Source of the DNA: Staphylococcus phage pSco-10
Direction: 5' to 3' (one strand)
Sequence record: KX011028.1
DNA length: 64,000 nt
Under the pieces are notes generated by a model, which saw only the letters and a list, made by a program, of their open reading frames with translations, was not told the origin of the DNA and made no database searches. Shown one piece after another: positions 60,778 to 64,000 of the stretch. The position numbers and the translations under genes are program-made. The stretch's first letter is position 1; each line of letters opens with the position of its first letter.

Positions 60778-61154
60778 CGTCTTTTTTTATTTTTAAAGTT
60801 ACTCTTTTTAATAATTTTCATCATCTTGTACCATATTCCTCCAAGTATAGAACCTATAAAACTTATAGTAAATATAATTATAGGGTCATTAAATCCAATA
60901 TAATGTTCAGTATTTTCTATGGAATCTATTACATCATTTTTAATAAGTACAGATGTTGTCTGAAACATAGTTAAAACTATGTATGTGCCTATACCTATTA
61001 TAGCATAAATTACATACAAAACAAAAAAGTTTTTACTGGAGAACTTACTGTGAACAAAAACCATTAAAGTTAAAAGACATAAACAGGTAAGTACTACTGA
61101 TAGTGACGTTATAATATTCATTCCTACCAAAGTTTTCACCACCGTAATGTTCAA
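60774..61154 (-). CDS. membrane protein (3-4 predicted transmembrane helices)
   Basis: 126 aa; several hydrophobic helices; basic C-terminus KKSNFKNKKRR. Confidence 0.45.
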   Translation of the reverse strand: MNITVVKTLVGMNIITSLSVVLTCLCLLTLMVFVHSKFSSKNFFVLYVIYAIIGIGTYIVLTMFQTTSVLIKNDVIDSIENTEHYIGFNDPIIIFTISFIGSILGGIWYKMMKIIKKSNFKNKKRR

Positions 61155-61189
61155 TTTTTTTATATTTATCTCTTATTTAATATAGCAAA

Positions 61190-61215
61190 CAAAAAAGAGG
61201 AGTAATTACTCCTCT
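61190..61215 (-). terminator. rho-independent terminator
   Basis: GAGGAGTAATTACTCCTC palindrome followed by T6 on the minus strand; overlaps the stop at 61206. Confidence 0.5.
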
Positions 61216-62462
61216 TCAATTTTATCTTCGTTATCTGTAGTATTATCGTCCGGTTGTTCTTCCGGTTGTTCTGTAGTCTGCTCATCCTCTGATGTATCTT
61301 CATTTGTATCCTCTTCGTCCGCTTTATCGTCCGGTTCAGAAGGTTCTTCTACCTCATTTTCATCAGGGTTTTCAGACGGTTCTTCTTCATTTTCATCAGG
61401 GTTATCTGATGGTTCGGAAGGTTCTTCTTCATTATCATTACCTTCATCAGGTTTTTCGTTAGGTTGCTCAGTACCAGGTTCTGAAGGCTCAGGCTCAGGC
61501 TCAGGAGTTACTTCTCCTTCATTGCCCCCTGTATTACCATTATCTGAAGGCTCTTCTATTGGCGGTGGTGGCTCAATACTACCTCCACCACCTGAACCTT
61601 TTCCACCATCTGCATCTGTATATCCTGGAGGAGGTGGATTTGGATTATCTGTGTTATCTACATCTCCTGAATTATTATCTACTGTATTTCCAGGTAATAC
61701 ATCTGAAGGTATACCAGGTTCAACTGGATTTGGTATAGTAGGATTATCTGTTGGTACACTTCCAACTGAAGGGTTATCAGCAGGAGGTAGTATATCTGAA
61801 GGTGTAGTTGGGTTAACTGGATTTGTTATAATAGAGTTATCTGTTGGTACATTATCATTAGAAGCATCGATACCCTCTGATATACTATTTGCTGTGTTTG
61901 GGTAAACATTACTATCAATAATACCTAAACTGTCTGTACTAGGTGAATACTGTGATAGGTAAGGGGAACCTAATACACTAGTAATGATAGAACCTACTGT
62001 TTGTTTTTCATAACCACTGTTTGTAGGAACAGTTATTGTACCGACCCCGTCTTCACTAATAAGTATTTCAGGCTTGCCTACTTTATCACTAAACTCAATA
62101 TTATTTTTTACTAATATTAAGTCATCGTCACCCGTTACATCGTATATTTTATCTCTAGTTTTTTTATCTTCCTTTTGTCTTTCTTTTTTTGACTTCTCGT
62201 TATAACCCTTATAATTTGTTTCTTTTTTAACTTTCCTAAGCTCTTCTTCAGCTTCATTTAATCTTTTTACATATTTCTTTTTAGTATCACCATTATTATC
62301 ATCTGCTTTTTGATAAATCTCAACTATTCTCTGATATTTATCTTTATCTTCCTTAGCATCTTGATATTTATTAAAAAATATGGTAGTTATGACTACAAAT
62401 ATTGCGACCATAACCGTAATTATGGTTATTATTATCTCATTACCTTGTGGTTTCTTTTTCAA
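61206..62462 (-). CDS. membrane-anchored protein with Pro/Glu/Asp-rich repetitive C-terminus
   Basis: N-terminal transmembrane segment IIITIITVMVAIFVVITTIFF; C-terminal ...EPSEPSDNPDENEEEPSENPDENEVEEPSEPDD... Confidence 0.45.
   Translation of the reverse strand: MKKKPQGNEIIITIITVMVAIFVVITTIFFNKYQDAKEDKDKYQRIVEIYQKADDNNGDTKKKYVKRLNEAEEELRKVKKETNYKGYNEKSKKERQKEDKKTRDKIYDVTGDDDLILVKNNIEFSDKVGKPEILISEDGVGTITVPTNSGYEKQTVGSIITSVLGSPYLSQYSPSTDSLGIIDSNVYPNTANSISEGIDASNDNVPTDNSIITNPVNPTTPSDILPPADNPSVGSVPTDNPTIPNPVEPGIPSDVLPGNTVDNNSGDVDNTDNPNPPPPGYTDADGGKGSGGGGSIEPPPPIEEPSDNGNTGGNEGEVTPEPEPEPSEPGTEQPNEKPDEGNDNEEEPSEPSDNPDENEEEPSENPDENEVEEPSEPDDKADEEDTNEDTSEDEQTTEQPEEQPDDNTTDNEDKIEEE
61330..61440. repeat. 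imperfect tandem repeats of about 33 nt inside a coding region
   Basis: Repeated ggttcttcttcattttcatcagggtt units encoding PDENEEEPSE-like repeats. Confidence 0.45.
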
Positions 62463-62503
62463 TTATGATACCTCTTTTTATATAGTCTCACAATTCTTCC
62501 CTT

Positions 62504-62983
62504 TTATAAGTTATTAAGTTTTTCTTCTTCTTCTTTTCTAATGCGTTCTTTTTCTTCAAAGTCTTTGCTAAGCATAAATGAAATACTTCCTTGGAACTCA
62601 TTACCTGAAAGAATGTTACTTAATGCTGTATCTATAATAGCTACATCACCTAGCTCAATTGCTTTACCTAATTCTACATCTTTTCTGAATTGCTTGTTAG
62701 CTTCAAAAATATCAATGCGTTTTGAAAAAGCAAGTTTATACATCTTATCATGTAAATCTCCTGTTAATGGGTCATTTAATCTACTTTGAAATACCATTAG
62801 AGAGCCATCTAGACGTTGAGTTTCATCCATAGGGTCTTGTCTAAATACATTATAAGACTTGTATAATCTACTTACCATTTCACATAATAAGCTACTAAAT
62901 TCTTTAATACTATCTTCTTTCTCCTCTTTACTAAGTGGAGTTATTGATTCTTCTAACGTTAAATTATTTTCTTCTAAAGTCAT
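62504..62983 (-). CDS. hypothetical protein
   Basis: 159 aa ORF. Confidence 0.45.
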   Translation of the reverse strand: MTLEENNLTLEESITPLSKEEKEDSIKEFSSLLCEMVSRLYKSYNVFRQDPMDETQRLDGSLMVFQSRLNDPLTGDLHDKMYKLAFSKRIDIFEANKQFRKDVELGKAIELGDVAIIDTALSNILSGNEFQGSISFMLSKDFEEKERIRKEEEEKLNNL

Positions 62984-63162
62984 TTATTTCTTCCTTCCTT
63001 TTTTATCTTACCTTTAATATCTTCCTGTAATATCTTTAATAATTCAGTTGTGTTATCTATCCTACTCATACTAGACTTTATATAAAGTAATTTTATTATA
63101 ATATATAGTATGAATACAATAGAATAGATGATTATAGTGCTAAATAAAATCACTATAATCAC
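62980..63162 (-). CDS. small membrane protein
   Basis: 60 aa; transmembrane-like IIVILFSTIIIYSIVFILYIII. Confidence 0.35.
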   Translation of the reverse strand: MIIVILFSTIIIYSIVFILYIIIKLLYIKSSMSRIDNTTELLKILQEDIKGKIKKEGRNK

Positions 63163-63961
63163 CTAAGAATTGTTTTACATCTTTTTTTCTTAGGATGTAT
63201 CCATCTTTATTAGGTTTAAATCCTAAAGTTTTTAAATACTCTATAGCTTCAGGCAATTCTATGTCATACACAACTGCATTTTTATTTTCCTTAATACTTA
63301 AACGTAATAATTCCATAATAGCTCTTGCTCCTACGCCGTCTGAATCAGGTGAGCTTGCATAAGAGTCTAAAATTATATCATTTTCAGTTCTTTTAAAAGA
63401 TGTAATTCCTAATGTATCTCCATTATCATCAACAAACTCTTTGTACAATGATGAGTTTGTACTGACATGTGATACATCGACACCTTTTTTACTTAAACTA
63501 GATAATGAATTTGCTACCTTTTTAGGGTTTACCTTTCCTTCTTCACCATTCGAAATAGCTCTTGCTCCTACTGCACTTCTACTAACTTCTTCTTTTCCTT
63601 CTTGTTTTTCTTTACTATCATTATCTTTATTACCGTCTTCGTAAACTGTCATTTCCATTTCTTTACCATTACGAATAACAGTACGTTTAACCTTATTTAG
63701 CCCACTAAGATTTTTATCTCCACCTTTATGGACTATTTCAGGCTCTCTATTAGCATATAAAAAACAATCAAAGAAATTATCGAATCCTAGAGATTTATAA
63801 ACATGTTCATATTTAACATCTAAGGCATCACTATTTTTAGAAACATAATCTAAAGATAATTCCTCACCCAATAACAAATTCAATACACTTTTATTAATTT
63901 CTTCATTACTAATTGTACCATAAAATAATTTATTTGTCAAGTTTATTTCACCTCTATTCAT
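63140..63961 (-). CDS. hypothetical protein
   Basis: 273 aa from the ATG at 63961 (the track's first M is a TTG). Confidence 0.45.
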   Translation of the reverse strand: MNRGEINLTNKLFYGTISNEEINKSVLNLLLGEELSLDYVSKNSDALDVKYEHVYKSLGFDNFFDCFLYANREPEIVHKGGDKNLSGLNKVKRTVIRNGKEMEMTVYEDGNKDNDSKEKQEGKEEVSRSAVGARAISNGEEGKVNPKKVANSLSSLSKKGVDVSHVSTNSSLYKEFVDDNGDTLGITSFKRTENDIILDSYASSPDSDGVGARAIMELLRLSIKENKNAVVYDIELPEAIEYLKTLGFKPNKDGYILRKKDVKQFLGDYSDFI

Positions 63962-64000
63962 CAAAGTAGAATTGTTTATTTCCTTCTTGATTGTAATCAG

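Overview
AT-rich 64 kb window in which essentially every real gene is on the minus strand. The gene content and order identify it as the reverse complement of a large virulent Staphylococcus myovirus (Twort-like / Kayvirus-like); that naming is inference from memory of that phage family. Read in the phage's own direction (64000 to 1) the window holds: small membrane/hypothetical ORFs, portal, prohead protease, an acidic scaffold-like protein, major capsid protein, neck/connector ORFs, tail sheath, tail tube, two tail chaperones, a tape-measure protein with a transglycosylase-like domain, a CHAP tail-associated lysin, the baseplate/GDPD/LysM block, three large distal tail/receptor-binding proteins, then a replication module (SF2 helicase, Rep-like protein, DnaB-like helicase, SbcD/SbcC, primase), class Ib ribonucleotide reductase (nrdI, nrdE, nrdF), a thioredoxin-like protein, an HU/IHF-like protein, and the 5' end of a further gene. 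Points not visible from the ORF track alone: (1) nrdE is split into three exons by two group I introns that carry an HNH and a GIY-YIG homing endonuclease. (2) The 3' end of the tail-tube gene is interrupted by two related ORF-less group I introns with recognisable P/Q/R/S elements and a compensatory P7 change between the copies; these lie in what first looks like an 800 bp non-coding tandem repeat. (3) There are additional free-standing endonuclease genes: one HNH, and two Vsr/PD-(D/E)XK-like, one of which has NUMOD-like DNA-binding repeats and its own consensus promoter. (4) Near-consensus sigma-A promoters (TTGACA, 17 bp spacer, TATAAT-like with a TG extension), each placed directly after a rho-independent terminator, occur at many module boundaries. 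The ORF track over-extends several N-termini and counts TTG/GTG starts as M. No tRNA, CRISPR array, integrase or transposon was seen.
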